DNA of 64,000 bases from a virus (taxonomy: Duplodnaviria; Caudoviricetes). The notes beneath the pieces are model-generated. The model saw only the letters and a list, made by a program, of their open reading frames with translations, was not told where the DNA came from and searched no databases. Both the position numbers and the translations under genes were made by a program. Location: the IMG/VR virus record IMGVR_UViG_3300005805_009498, positions 1 to 64,000 of that record. One strand, given 5' to 3'. Position 1 is the stretch's first letter, and every line of letters starts with the position of its first letter. Positions 8,027 to 18,300 of this stretch are shown one piece after another.

Positions 8027-11000
8027 TTACACAACCCATGAATTTTCTATTGTTCCGGGAGGGAATCCCGACAACCAGTCGGAAACCTGATAAGGAAGCT
8101 TCTTATCGTATGTGTAATTTATTCCGGATATTGTCTTTTCAAGAACCACAGGTATATCCTTTGTATAAACTTCGTTTAGATATACTATTATGTTTTGTGC
8201 CATTCCGATGAAATCGGCAGAATCAGTTTTGGTCATATAGGAGATAGAGGTTCCTGATCTGTCAGTTCTAACGACCCTTACGTACTGTGTAGACGTTGTT
8301 GTTCCTGTGGGTTTAGCTCCTTCCAAAAGAACTAGATTCTTTATGACTGCCACATCCTGGATAGAATCAGTGTCTACAATCGTACCAAACAGAGAAAGAA
8401 GAAGATCATCGTAAAACTTTGCAAGCGCTATCTTCCAATCGTTAATTTGTACAGGTGGATTTGTCGTAAAGTTAAAAGATCCTACGCCCTGGTTTCTTGA
8501 CAATATTTCAAACACTGCGTTCCATCCAGTGAATGTATCGTTTGCTCCGGCCCCAAAGTTTATAGAGGATATAGTAGAATTAACGAAGTCATGTAGTTTA
8601 AACCCTATCTCGGAATTTATGTCCTGCAAAGGTGACAATAAAGTATTTACGTATTTTGTTCCTTTTATGCTGTAGATGTAAGTTCTTGTGTTTCCTTCCG
8701 AGTTTGTCTTGTTTGTTACGGTTGATACCTCTTTTTCTATTACAGACTTTGTGAGTTTGTCTATGTACTTGCTGTATCCTGCAAGGAACGTATTCTTGTT
8801 CTGCGAAAGATCTGTCTTTCCGCGTTCGTAAAATTCATCTAGCGCAATTTCTGCCTTAAATGCAGAAAGACCATCGATGGTTCTGGTGTATTTTGTAGTT
8901 ATAGGTGAAAGCTTTTGTTCACCTTCATATGTTGCCTGTATATTTGCCTCGGGACCGCTTCTTTTTGCAAGCTTTGCGAATCCTTCATTACCAAACTCTA
9001 TGACAGCAAACTTTATTTTAGTAGTTGCTCCTGTGCTTGAACCGTTGTTGTTGTTATTTCCCCCTTTGGTGTTCTCTTTTTCTACAAACCATTTTGAATC
9101 GTATGCCTTTTGCCCTGCTTGGAAAGTTCTAGGCTGTATTTTCTTCAATTCAGTATACTTTCCTCCGTTTGTTCTTGGATCGTTTACGAACTCCTTGTTA
9201 AACAGAGCGTTCTTTTGTTCTGTTGTCAATCCTGCATAGGAGAACGAACGTATTTCGTATCTTCCTACAAAGGTATCGGTGTTAATGTAATAGACGTTAT
9301 AGTTTACTGTTGTGGTGGTTTGGGTATTTGTGTTTGTATTTGTTCCTGTTCCGAGGTTTCCACTTCCTCCTGGGCCAAATTGATCCTGCCACATTGTTCC
9401 ACCGTCTATTATGGAATCCACATTGAAGTTGTTATTTTTTCCTCCTCCTTGTGGGCCTTGGTTTCCTGTTCCTTGGTTTCCTGTTCCTTGGTTTCCTGTT
9501 CCTTGGTTTCCTGTTCCCTGATTTAATCTTGAAAGTCTCTCTATTTCTTCTCTTAAACTCTTTATAATGTCACTAAGTTCTTTTACCGATGATGACTGAT
9601 TGTTTTTTGCTTCTTCCGCTAGTCTTTTTAGCTCTTCTTCCCTTTGTTTCAAAAGAGCATTTCTACGATCTAACTCGGTTTTTTGATCTTCCAACGATTC
9701 TACCTGATCTTCCAGGGTTTGTTGTTGTCCAAGCAGAGCAGTTTCAAGAGCCTTTAACGTTGATTCCTTGGAATTTAGTTGAGCCTCAAAAACGTTAAGA
9801 CTGTTGCTTCTGGCATCAAGCGCAGACTCCCTATCCTTTACGGCATTAAGTCTCGCTATGAATGAGTTGTTTCGTAGTTCTTCGATTTTGTCAAGAACTA
9901 CCTGATAATTCTCTATTGCCTCAACGTTTCCTTTGTAGACCACCGTTTCTTCCCCTGTCAATCCATCCGGTATCACCTCTATTATCTCTAGATATTTCTT
10001 TTCTAGGGTGTATGGTTTAAGGTTGTTGTACACGGTTATAAGATCGTCCTTGGACTTCTGTGCCCAATCAGAAAATGGTATTGTAACCTCTTTTCCTCTA
10101 AGATCGCTTGCTATTTCTAGGCTTACCCTTGCTCTTACTATGTTCTTGTTTCTTACCGTTATGTAAAACTTACCAGGAAGATCCGATATCATTCTGGTAG
10201 CATCATTCGCAGGAACCCTAAATATGAGTTTTCCTGACTTTGTATCATTTATTTGATTTGTTATGGCCGTTTCGTTGTTAGGGAAAGGCTGATACAGAGA
10301 ATACCTGTACTTGTTTCCTGATCCGGTTTCAAAGATTATGTTTATCTCTTGTGCGCTAGAAAGATCAAGGGATTCTATGGAGTCCGGGGTAACCCTAAAC
10401 ACGTTAAACTTAAAATAATTATCGAACGGACTAACCAATACCACAGCTTCTGTTTGCCCGAACACTATGTCCCATTCGAACAGGTCTTCAGGTATAAACT
10501 GCCCAGACTTATCTATGAATAGTTTTCCCGTAGATACAGAGACATTATTGTTTTCATAAAACGAAGGAGAAACTATCCTTTGAACTCTTATGTCCTGTTT
10601 TGGAACAGGAAGATTAAAAACGGGTCCTTCGGAAATTTTGTTGTACACCCTAAAAGGTATGACGTCTTCTCTAACATTTAACTTTAATCCGTTTCTTCCG
10701 AATTTTTTTGGTTCAAAAGAAGTCACTGACGCGGTACGAATTATCTGGCTTCCGTCTGTTTCGTTTGTAAGCCTCATCGTATAATCGATAGAAAAAGAAA
10801 ACGCGGTATCGGAATTCTTCAGAATGGGTTTAAAAAGAGAAGGCTGATCGAAATCATCGGTCTGTAAAATTACGTTACTGCTGCTGTACAGTTGAGAAAA
10901 TCCAACCTGTTCCGAAACGGTGAGTTCGTGTATTACAACGTACTTTCCTCTGGTTTCATTTAGTATGGCTATGTAGTCCGATATGAAATTTTCGTCCCAC

Positions 11001-11800
11001 GTAGGATAGTATTCAAAATAATCTCCGTTCTGTTTTATTACTGCAGCTAAATTTGAGAACTGATCCTGAGGTTCTATAGAAACATAAGAAGGTACCCCGG
11101 TTGTTAGATAATCGTAACCGTTTAGAGAGTTTACCTGTTCAATTTCGTAGAAATCAAACTTTATTAAGCCTTCTGTCAGGAATCCGTCGTTATCCGAAGT
11201 AAAGTAGTAAGCTATAGCGTCCTGTTTATCAGTTGCTGCGTTGTATTCAGTTATCATGTCTGATAACGAAGGTATCAAAAACTCGACGTACTTATCGTAG
11301 TTAGCTCCGTTTATCACCATCGGTCTGGTGTTAAAAACTATGTAATCGTCACCGTTAACATATGTCTGTAGAGCAACTCTTGTGTTCTTTATCCTGTTTG
11401 TCTCTGGGTAGGAAACGTCCAAAACAAATCCACTAGAGGAAGTAAATGTATACCCAGATAAAATATGAACCCTTACCCTATCATAAGTAACGTTCCACTG
11501 TTGGGTAGGCGCATCTTCCGAAAGACTAGATACCTCAAACCTTTGATCTGTGCTTAGATATGGTATAGGGACGTCCTGTTCGGTTCTAACCCATTGGTTT
11601 GCCCCGAGTTGCACAGACGATCTATCTAAAACGTTTCCTGTAGAAAGTTCGGAGTTGTTGTCGTTTAATACCTGAGTGTAACCCTGTATCGTGTTATCTA
11701 TTATCGTAAACCCCGATGAACTGGTGTTTATCGTTGTATGTTCGTACGTTATCTCTAATAGAGCGTAATCGTTTATCTTTACTAGTCTTGACTTAGGCAT
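8027..11800 (-). CDS. Large putative virion structural protein (1257 aa) with central coiled coil and G/N/T-rich linker
   Basis: Long ORF in the structural block; heptad coiled coil around aa 640-760; (NQGTG)4 repeat. Confidence 0.6.
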   Translation of the reverse strand: MPKSRLVKINDYALLEITYEHTTINTSSSGFTIIDNTIQGYTQVLNDNNSELSTGNVLDRSSVQLGANQWVRTEQDVPIPYLSTDQRFEVSSLSEDAPTQQWNVTYDRVRVHILSGYTFTSSSGFVLDVSYPETNRIKNTRVALQTYVNGDDYIVFNTRPMVINGANYDKYVEFLIPSLSDMITEYNAATDKQDAIAYYFTSDNDGFLTEGLIKFDFYEIEQVNSLNGYDYLTTGVPSYVSIEPQDQFSNLAAVIKQNGDYFEYYPTWDENFISDYIAILNETRGKYVVIHELTVSEQVGFSQLYSSSNVILQTDDFDQPSLFKPILKNSDTAFSFSIDYTMRLTNETDGSQIIRTASVTSFEPKKFGRNGLKLNVREDVIPFRVYNKISEGPVFNLPVPKQDIRVQRIVSPSFYENNNVSVSTGKLFIDKSGQFIPEDLFEWDIVFGQTEAVVLVSPFDNYFKFNVFRVTPDSIESLDLSSAQEINIIFETGSGNKYRYSLYQPFPNNETAITNQINDTKSGKLIFRVPANDATRMISDLPGKFYITVRNKNIVRARVSLEIASDLRGKEVTIPFSDWAQKSKDDLITVYNNLKPYTLEKKYLEIIEVIPDGLTGEETVVYKGNVEAIENYQVVLDKIEELRNNSFIARLNAVKDRESALDARSNSLNVFEAQLNSKESTLKALETALLGQQQTLEDQVESLEDQKTELDRRNALLKQREEELKRLAEEAKNNQSSSVKELSDIIKSLREEIERLSRLNQGTGNQGTGNQGTGNQGTGNQGPQGGGKNNNFNVDSIIDGGTMWQDQFGPGGSGNLGTGTNTNTNTQTTTTVNYNVYYINTDTFVGRYEIRSFSYAGLTTEQKNALFNKEFVNDPRTNGGKYTELKKIQPRTFQAGQKAYDSKWFVEKENTKGGNNNNNGSSTGATTKIKFAVIEFGNEGFAKLAKRSGPEANIQATYEGEQKLSPITTKYTRTIDGLSAFKAEIALDEFYERGKTDLSQNKNTFLAGYSKYIDKLTKSVIEKEVSTVTNKTNSEGNTRTYIYSIKGTKYVNTLLSPLQDINSEIGFKLHDFVNSTISSINFGAGANDTFTGWNAVFEILSRNQGVGSFNFTTNPPVQINDWKIALAKFYDDLLLSLFGTIVDTDSIQDVAVIKNLVLLEGAKPTGTTTSTQYVRVVRTDRSGTSISYMTKTDSADFIGMAQNIIVYLNEVYTKDIPVVLEKTISGINYTYDKKLPYQVSDWLSGFPPGTIENSWVV
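9456..9515. repeat. Perfect coding tandem repeat, 4 x 15 bp (CCTTGGTTTCCTGTT), encoding (NQGTG)4
   Basis: Four identical nucleotide units read directly. Confidence 0.95.
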
Positions 11801-12546
11801 CAGAAGTTAAATAAATTTATGCCGACATAAACGCCGACGCTTGGAAAAAATCCCGAACCCCCTGGAGTTATACCGTATCCTATTCCTCCACCCAACATAA
11901 GTGAGAATGGTCCTGAATTTCCCTTTACGAAAGATTTATCTGGGTCAATTACTGCACCCTCAAGATCGAAGTTTATTCCGGGAAAATCGGTTCTGGCAAA
12001 TATTGAATAGCTTCCCTTCTCTTCTTTTATTCCTGTGTATATCTTTACGTTCATCGAAAGATCGGAAAGTGTCGTTGATTTTGATCTCAACGAAATTTTG
12101 TTGTTAGCGATGGAAACCTCTGCGGGTAGAGATCCCTTGAACGATATGGTATTTGAGCTATCGTAATTCCTATCGTATTTAAAGGAAACTGAGAAAGTGG
12201 AATCGTTTATTTTTTCCACGTCGTTATTTACAACAATGGTATCAAAAACAAACTTTGTTACTATCTTTGTTATGACCCTTACGTTTCCCTTTTGATTTTT
12301 CAGTTCCTGTGAAAGGTCGTCGTTTAGTTTCTTTAGGATTTCAATATCGCCCATCAGAATCTTTCTCTCGTACTGTTCTTTTCCAAGCAGGTTCTTTACC
12401 TTTCTTGTTGTATCGATTAGCGCCTCATTGTTTTGATTGGCAACCTTTAGTTGCAACGCATTGGAACTGCACTGTTTTGCTGTAAACAAAAGAGCCAGAA
12501 CCAATATGGCGATTGAAGCTATGTATGTTATTCTTTCTGTGTTCAT
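11800..12546 (-). CDS. Membrane-anchored coiled-coil protein with C-terminal amphipathic beta-hairpin; spanin-like candidate
   Basis: N-terminal TM helix (IASIAILVLALLF), coiled coil, terminal SLMLGGGIGYG...SVGVYVGINLFNF. Confidence 0.45.
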   Translation of the reverse strand: MNTERITYIASIAILVLALLFTAKQCSSNALQLKVANQNNEALIDTTRKVKNLLGKEQYERKILMGDIEILKKLNDDLSQELKNQKGNVRVITKIVTKFVFDTIVVNNDVEKINDSTFSVSFKYDRNYDSSNTISFKGSLPAEVSIANNKISLRSKSTTLSDLSMNVKIYTGIKEEKGSYSIFARTDFPGINFDLEGAVIDPDKSFVKGNSGPFSLMLGGGIGYGITPGGSGFFPSVGVYVGINLFNF

Positions 12547-12782
12547 TTTTCTGTAAGTACTGAGTTTATATCAAAAAGTATGTTACGTTCTCCGTATTTT
12601 TTTGTATAGTCGTCTATGAACCTTTTTTCTTTTTGCTTTATTTTTTCAAGCTGCAGTAGAGTTTCTTCGTTTTTCTTTTCTAACTTTTGTATCGAAGATA
12701 GGGTTCTTTCCAGCTTATCATTAATGACATTGTATTGCTTTATTATCGATAACGCCTCTTCCCTTTCCTTGTTTGTCATCAC
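12543..12782 (-). CDS. Small coiled-coil hypothetical protein
   Basis: 79-aa ORF overlapping both neighbours by 4 nt (ATGA). Confidence 0.7.
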   Translation of the reverse strand: MMTNKEREEALSIIKQYNVINDKLERTLSSIQKLEKKNEETLLQLEKIKQKEKRFIDDYTKKYGERNILFDINSVLTEK

Positions 12783-15313
12783 TTTACTCCTATAAGTTCA
12801 AAGTTAACCTGAGAATATACTATATTTATTCCTGCGTTCACTACTTGTAAGTTTACCATTGGATTTCCTGCCACTCCCATGGAGTTAAAGACAATATCGT
12901 CATACTGCGGGGAAGGATCTACACCTATTTGTTTTTCCATAATAAATGCAACCTCTGCAATCTCGTTGAATCTAAGAGGAACTATCTCCGATGATTCTAC
13001 CTTTATAATGTGATTACACAGTACGCTGTTAGTAGATACAGAAGCCGCACTGATATATTGTTTATTTCCCAAACTATCTATGACAAAATAATCGTTATCT
13101 ATTCCAGTGTTTGGTGCAACATTTCCAACTGCGTTTACTGAAAGCGTTCCCTCATTGAATTGTGCTGGCGCAAATTCCCTTGTGTGAGTCGAAAGATACG
13201 AATATATCACAGGGGAAGAATAAGTGACATCTGTGGTATTGTAGTAGGATGAATAAAAGGGTTGTGAAGAGGTAGGTACAGTTTTTGGTAACGGTTGCGC
13301 CCAAGGAATGGTTGAATCGTACACCATTATTGCAGTGTGCACCGGAATTGGCGATCCAAGACCAACAGTCGTCGGAGAAACATTTGGTCCAGCAAGCTTA
13401 ACGTTCACGTATCCGTAAGCAACAACAGTAACACGATAAAACGCAATCTTACCGTCGCTGCTTGTATTTGCTTTTACCTTATTTAAAACCGACGCGCGCA
13501 GTCTAGGAGTTATAGGATGTACGTATTGTCTTCCTGTTACGGTATCTGCTACGCTTATGCTATAATCTACACTTATTCCAGGTACTGTTATGTCGCTTAC
13601 TGCGGGAGCAGGAGACTTAAAGTCAGGGAAATCGTATTCAAGCTTTGCGGTTTGGGTAATAGGATCTACCCCGATTTTATTTTGAACCAAAGGGACGTAC
13701 ATCACTTCCTTTTGATACTTATACGAGTCCGTGGCCCTTGACTGAGGCCACCCCCATGATGAGATTCTAGAATCTATTAAATTACTTCCCTTAGCCGGAT
13801 TAATATCGGGTCTCCATGCCGAAGCCAGAATGTTTTTAAAGGGTTCATAATTACCTTCGTTCTGCGCAACCGTTAAGTAGTCTGCCCCCCATTTCATCTG
13901 ATTGTTTGCCCCAAGTCTGTTTGGAAACGCAAGTTGGTTTGATGGGTGTAACCAGTTCGATGAATACGTTATCCTGGATCCTAGGAAATTCATCAGCGTC
14001 GGGTACGATGCAAATACTGATGGATTAATGTCTAGATTTAATGTGTTTCCGCTTCCGCTTGCTATAAATTTATCGGTAAGATTTATATCAAGCGCGGTGT
14101 TTGGATTTGAGCTAAACTGTAAATTTGCTCCCCCGCCATTAACGTTAATATCTGTAAATGCGTATTGTAACCCTGTTCCTCCAGGAGGAGATGCGTTTAT
14201 TACCAATGTATTTCCGGTACTTCCGGAAAAACTCACACCGGTTCCTGCTTGAAATATTACCGATGTCTGCGTGAAAGCGGTAGTTGGGCTAGACAACAAC
14301 AACGTTGATGTGTCGACTAAAGTCGACATGCTAATTTGCGGGTCGATAACCACCGGATTTTGTTGTAATGGAATCCAGTTTGAATCATAGAAATATTCAA
14401 AATGATCTACGTTCCACCTAAACGATCCGTTTCCGTAATCGGAGGACGATTCGTTATTTGAAACAAATCTTACGACCCCTCCGATTATACCGGAGGTCTT
14501 TGTGTCAGAACTCGAAAACGAGCTTGTTCCTAATAGAAAGTATGGGCCATTAAACCCTGAATTGTCTGCAGGTTTGTTTATTACTGTACGGTCTGCCGAG
14601 AGATTAAATAATTGTTTATGTGTTGCATAATCGTCCCTCAGACCAAATATGGATAGGGTTTCCTGTTCGTTTCCGTCCCAATCAGAGCTGATTACATATC
14701 CAGATTCTTCTGTCCATGTTGGATCAGGAAGATCCTCTCTTGCCGGTTGGTTTGCGAGTCGTATGTTGTTTCCTTCGCTAAAGACCTTAAGCTTATAGTT
14801 TCCTCCAACGTTTCCGTCCAATCCTGAGGCAGCTTCTGCGACATCTGTAGTGAGAAGCAGATTGTTTTGTGCTAAAAGGTTTAGTATGGTGTTACTGGTC
14901 CTCTTAAAAAACGGATCATCGGTTGTATCACCACCACCAGCTCCGGTCGTCGATCTAGTTAGTGTTCCAACCTTACTCCAAACACCAGCATTTCCAACAT
15001 ATTGATATATGTCAGAAGTAGACAAATCTATGTATAGATCCGAATTTGCAGGTGTAGGTAGTATATTACTTGCAGGACCCCCCGTTCCGGTATACCACCT
15101 GCTGCCTCTATCCCCCTTCACACCTCTTGCTCCTGGAAGACCTGGAGGCCCTGGAGGACCCGATATTCCAGGAAGACCGGTTAAACCCCTCTTTCCTGCT
15201 GGGCCTCCTCCTGCAAATCCTAGCTGTTCAAAGTTGTAGTTAATCTTATCAAATGCCTGTGCCAGACCATCGGAGGACTGTACAAGAAGCAGATTTATTG
15301 GGGTAGTTGACAT
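12779..15313 (-). CDS. Collagen-repeat tail fibre/baseplate protein
   Basis: N-terminal AFDKINYNF helix, Gly-X-Y run GPAGKRGLTGLPGISGPPGPPGLPGARGVKGDRG, followed by WYTGTGGP...DLYIDLST. Confidence 0.75.
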   Translation of the reverse strand: MSTTPINLLLVQSSDGLAQAFDKINYNFEQLGFAGGGPAGKRGLTGLPGISGPPGPPGLPGARGVKGDRGSRWYTGTGGPASNILPTPANSDLYIDLSTSDIYQYVGNAGVWSKVGTLTRSTTGAGGGDTTDDPFFKRTSNTILNLLAQNNLLLTTDVAEAASGLDGNVGGNYKLKVFSEGNNIRLANQPAREDLPDPTWTEESGYVISSDWDGNEQETLSIFGLRDDYATHKQLFNLSADRTVINKPADNSGFNGPYFLLGTSSFSSSDTKTSGIIGGVVRFVSNNESSSDYGNGSFRWNVDHFEYFYDSNWIPLQQNPVVIDPQISMSTLVDTSTLLLSSPTTAFTQTSVIFQAGTGVSFSGSTGNTLVINASPPGGTGLQYAFTDINVNGGGANLQFSSNPNTALDINLTDKFIASGSGNTLNLDINPSVFASYPTLMNFLGSRITYSSNWLHPSNQLAFPNRLGANNQMKWGADYLTVAQNEGNYEPFKNILASAWRPDINPAKGSNLIDSRISSWGWPQSRATDSYKYQKEVMYVPLVQNKIGVDPITQTAKLEYDFPDFKSPAPAVSDITVPGISVDYSISVADTVTGRQYVHPITPRLRASVLNKVKANTSSDGKIAFYRVTVVAYGYVNVKLAGPNVSPTTVGLGSPIPVHTAIMVYDSTIPWAQPLPKTVPTSSQPFYSSYYNTTDVTYSSPVIYSYLSTHTREFAPAQFNEGTLSVNAVGNVAPNTGIDNDYFVIDSLGNKQYISAASVSTNSVLCNHIIKVESSEIVPLRFNEIAEVAFIMEKQIGVDPSPQYDDIVFNSMGVAGNPMVNLQVVNAGINIVYSQVNFELIGVK

Positions 15314-15316
15314 ATG

Positions 15317-18300
15317 TTATCTTCGTTTTATATTGAATGCTAGTAATATCTGTTTTGTTCCATCTACCGGGATATCGAAATCGAACGACCTGGACTCCTG
15401 TATTCCTATGCTATCAACCATTTTGAATCCCTCGGATTCAGGAGAGGCTTCGATAGAAACAACCTCTGTCCGTGAAAAAGGTCTTTCGTAGACTTCGATG
15501 CTTTCCACGCTATAACGATACAACAGATTTCTGTTTATATATTCCTTAGATATTTCATATGGGCTCAAAGTCGTATTTAATTCTTCCCATATAGAAGAAA
15601 AGAAAGAAAATACACCAGAGTTAAACAGGTGATCGGATATAACACGATCGAAATCGATGTGTATCTTTAGTCCTGTTCCTATCGAGGAATAGAAAACGGC
15701 GCTTTCACTTGAGTTTGAAGGAACAGAAAAATCTAAACATGAATATGTGTTGGTTCTAAAAAATGTAGGAACCGACATGCTCTTTGAAGCAAGAAAGAAT
15801 TTGTGATCGACCGGGTCTTTTATTCCCTCTATTGGGACATCTACGAATTCATCTTCTGCCATTACGTAAAAATCGGAGCCCCACACATCGGTTATAGGGG
15901 AAAAATTTCTCCTACCTATCGCATAAGGGAGTTTCAATAACTTTCCGTTCATGTTTATGGTTCCAAAATTCACTCCTTTTTCAGAGACACGCTTGTACCA
16001 AATGCTCAAAGGATTTACTTGTAAAACATATGTGTTGTATCCCTTAAATGAATTTAATACCTGTTTTGTGATAGAAACGTCTTCGGAAGCCGCAAAGGAA
16101 ACAATGTTTTTATAGGATGGTTCAAACTCTCCATCCAACCTAAATATGTTGGTGTTGCTTTCCCTTTCTCTTATATTCACGTTTCCAAACTCGTCTAGGT
16201 TGGCTTCTTTTATTTTTGTTGGCCTTATCACTGATGGGTTTAAATAGGAAATCTTTATTTTGCTTTTTGCCTCATCGGTGTTTAAGTTCACCAAGATGTC
16301 ATCAAAATCCATAAGATTCATCCTAGAAATTATCGAGTTCGCTGTTATGGAGTTAAGGGTATCCAAATATATCGGCCAATCTCCTATTGCGTATACCTTG
16401 GCTTTCTGGATGAATGTTGTTTTTCCTCCTATCGATATTACGTTGTTCTCAGAATAGTTTACGTATGTCACCGCTAAAGTTCTATCGACGTCGGATATCA
16501 CTCCAAAAAAGTTATCCGAGTATATTCCATCTATAAATAGTCTTTCTTTTTGTAATTCTGGATCAAAAACCCCTCTGACCCTTGATCTTGGTATTACTAT
16601 ATCGATTTTCAGTTCCTGACCAGATCCAGAGAACACCGTTCCTGATACGATGTAATCGACGTTTGGAAAATACTTAACACCGAATATTTCTATGTCCTTC
16701 TGTCTATTATCGTATTTTATGATCTTGACGTTTTTGTATTGATATTGATTGTATTCGTTCTGGTCATCTCCTTCAGAAGGTGTATTTATTAAGACCGTCT
16801 CATCTTCATTGTAAGCCCTGTTTACCTTTGAAAACTCCAGAATATCGGATCCATACACCATCATTGGGCCGTATATCTTTCCGCTTTCTGTGTTTTCATA
16901 GTTGAACCTTAGATCGTACAACTGTTGAAGCGATATGGACCCATCGATAGAATAGGAATCAACGTTAATTTGAACAAATAGTGTTAAAGTTTTCCAAACT
17001 TCGTTGTATATGAGGCTTATCTTTGAAGGTTTATCTAACTCGGGTTCTACCTGTAATATTGCGGCAAACTTTGAACCGGATATGTTTATTTTAGAATCGA
17101 AAACCAGAGGGATGCCCTTAAACGTGGTTGTATATCCTGTGTTTCCTTGCTCTATGGTGGTCCACAAAAATCTTTTTTCTCTCTGAGCACCGCCAGAAAA
17201 CACTTCTTCGCCATATCCAACGGTGAGATAGTCTGTAAAATAGTCGTATGTAGTGGACTTAAGGTCATCGATACTTATCCTTTTTCCGATGTACTCGTAG
17301 GTTTTTTCTACCTCTTGCAAAGGATAAAATTTTGGCCACCCGGATATGAGATACCAATCCAACGAAAACGCTGTTTTTGAGATCCCAGATTCCGTTGCGT
17401 TAACAAACATATCGTATGGTAATAGATTAGGATCAACGTTTATAAGATATGGAGCCATATCGACATTAACCGTATTTCTTCTCTTCCATCTTCCCGATGT
17501 ATTTTCTAGCTTATTATTTACAGACTGTGTTGAGGTTGCAAAATTTGTTATTGAAGTTTCTTCCGTAATCCCGTTAAAACCCAATTCTATCGGATCTGAT
17601 TCAGGCTGAGCAGATTGATCATCCGATTCTATGACAACACTGTAGGTTCCTTGCTCAAGATTCGTTGTGTATCTGTAGTCTAGATGGTCGTCATCAATCG
17701 GAAGAATTGTTGTATAAACATAGGTGCCAGAATTGGAAGTCTTGTCAATGTTTTGTTGTCCAAGTTTATTAAATGCAAAAGAAACAAGTCGTTTTATTTC
17801 AGAAAATACCCTCAACCTTTTTTCATCTGCCGGTAATTGGTACATGAAAGAAATCAACGCGTTCATAACGGCCTGTAGGTCAAACCCTCCTCCAGCAGAT
17901 CCAACTGGAGGTTTTCCATAGACTATGTCAACCGACCACATTTCAGAAGCGTTATAGTCATAATTTAAAAAGTAGTCGCTTATATAGAAGTCTGTGGTGG
18001 TTGTAACAGTCGGATAGGATATTTGATAATCGACCCATTGCTTATCCTTGTTTAGATATTGGATCTTGAACTGATTAGGCGATTTTAAAATGTTCCATAC
18101 AAAAGGAAACTGGGAATTTTCCACGACATTTGTACCCCTTTGTTTCCTCTTGTTCTGATCAAGAAAATCTGGTTCCTTTTGTGGGTCCCAATTTCTCCAC
18201 TCGGTGTAAATGTTTTCGGCAATGTTTACCGATAGCTTTAGATTTTTCTGTTGGGATGTCCCATTGGCTGAAAATGGAGAGGAAAGTATTGTCGCTTCAG

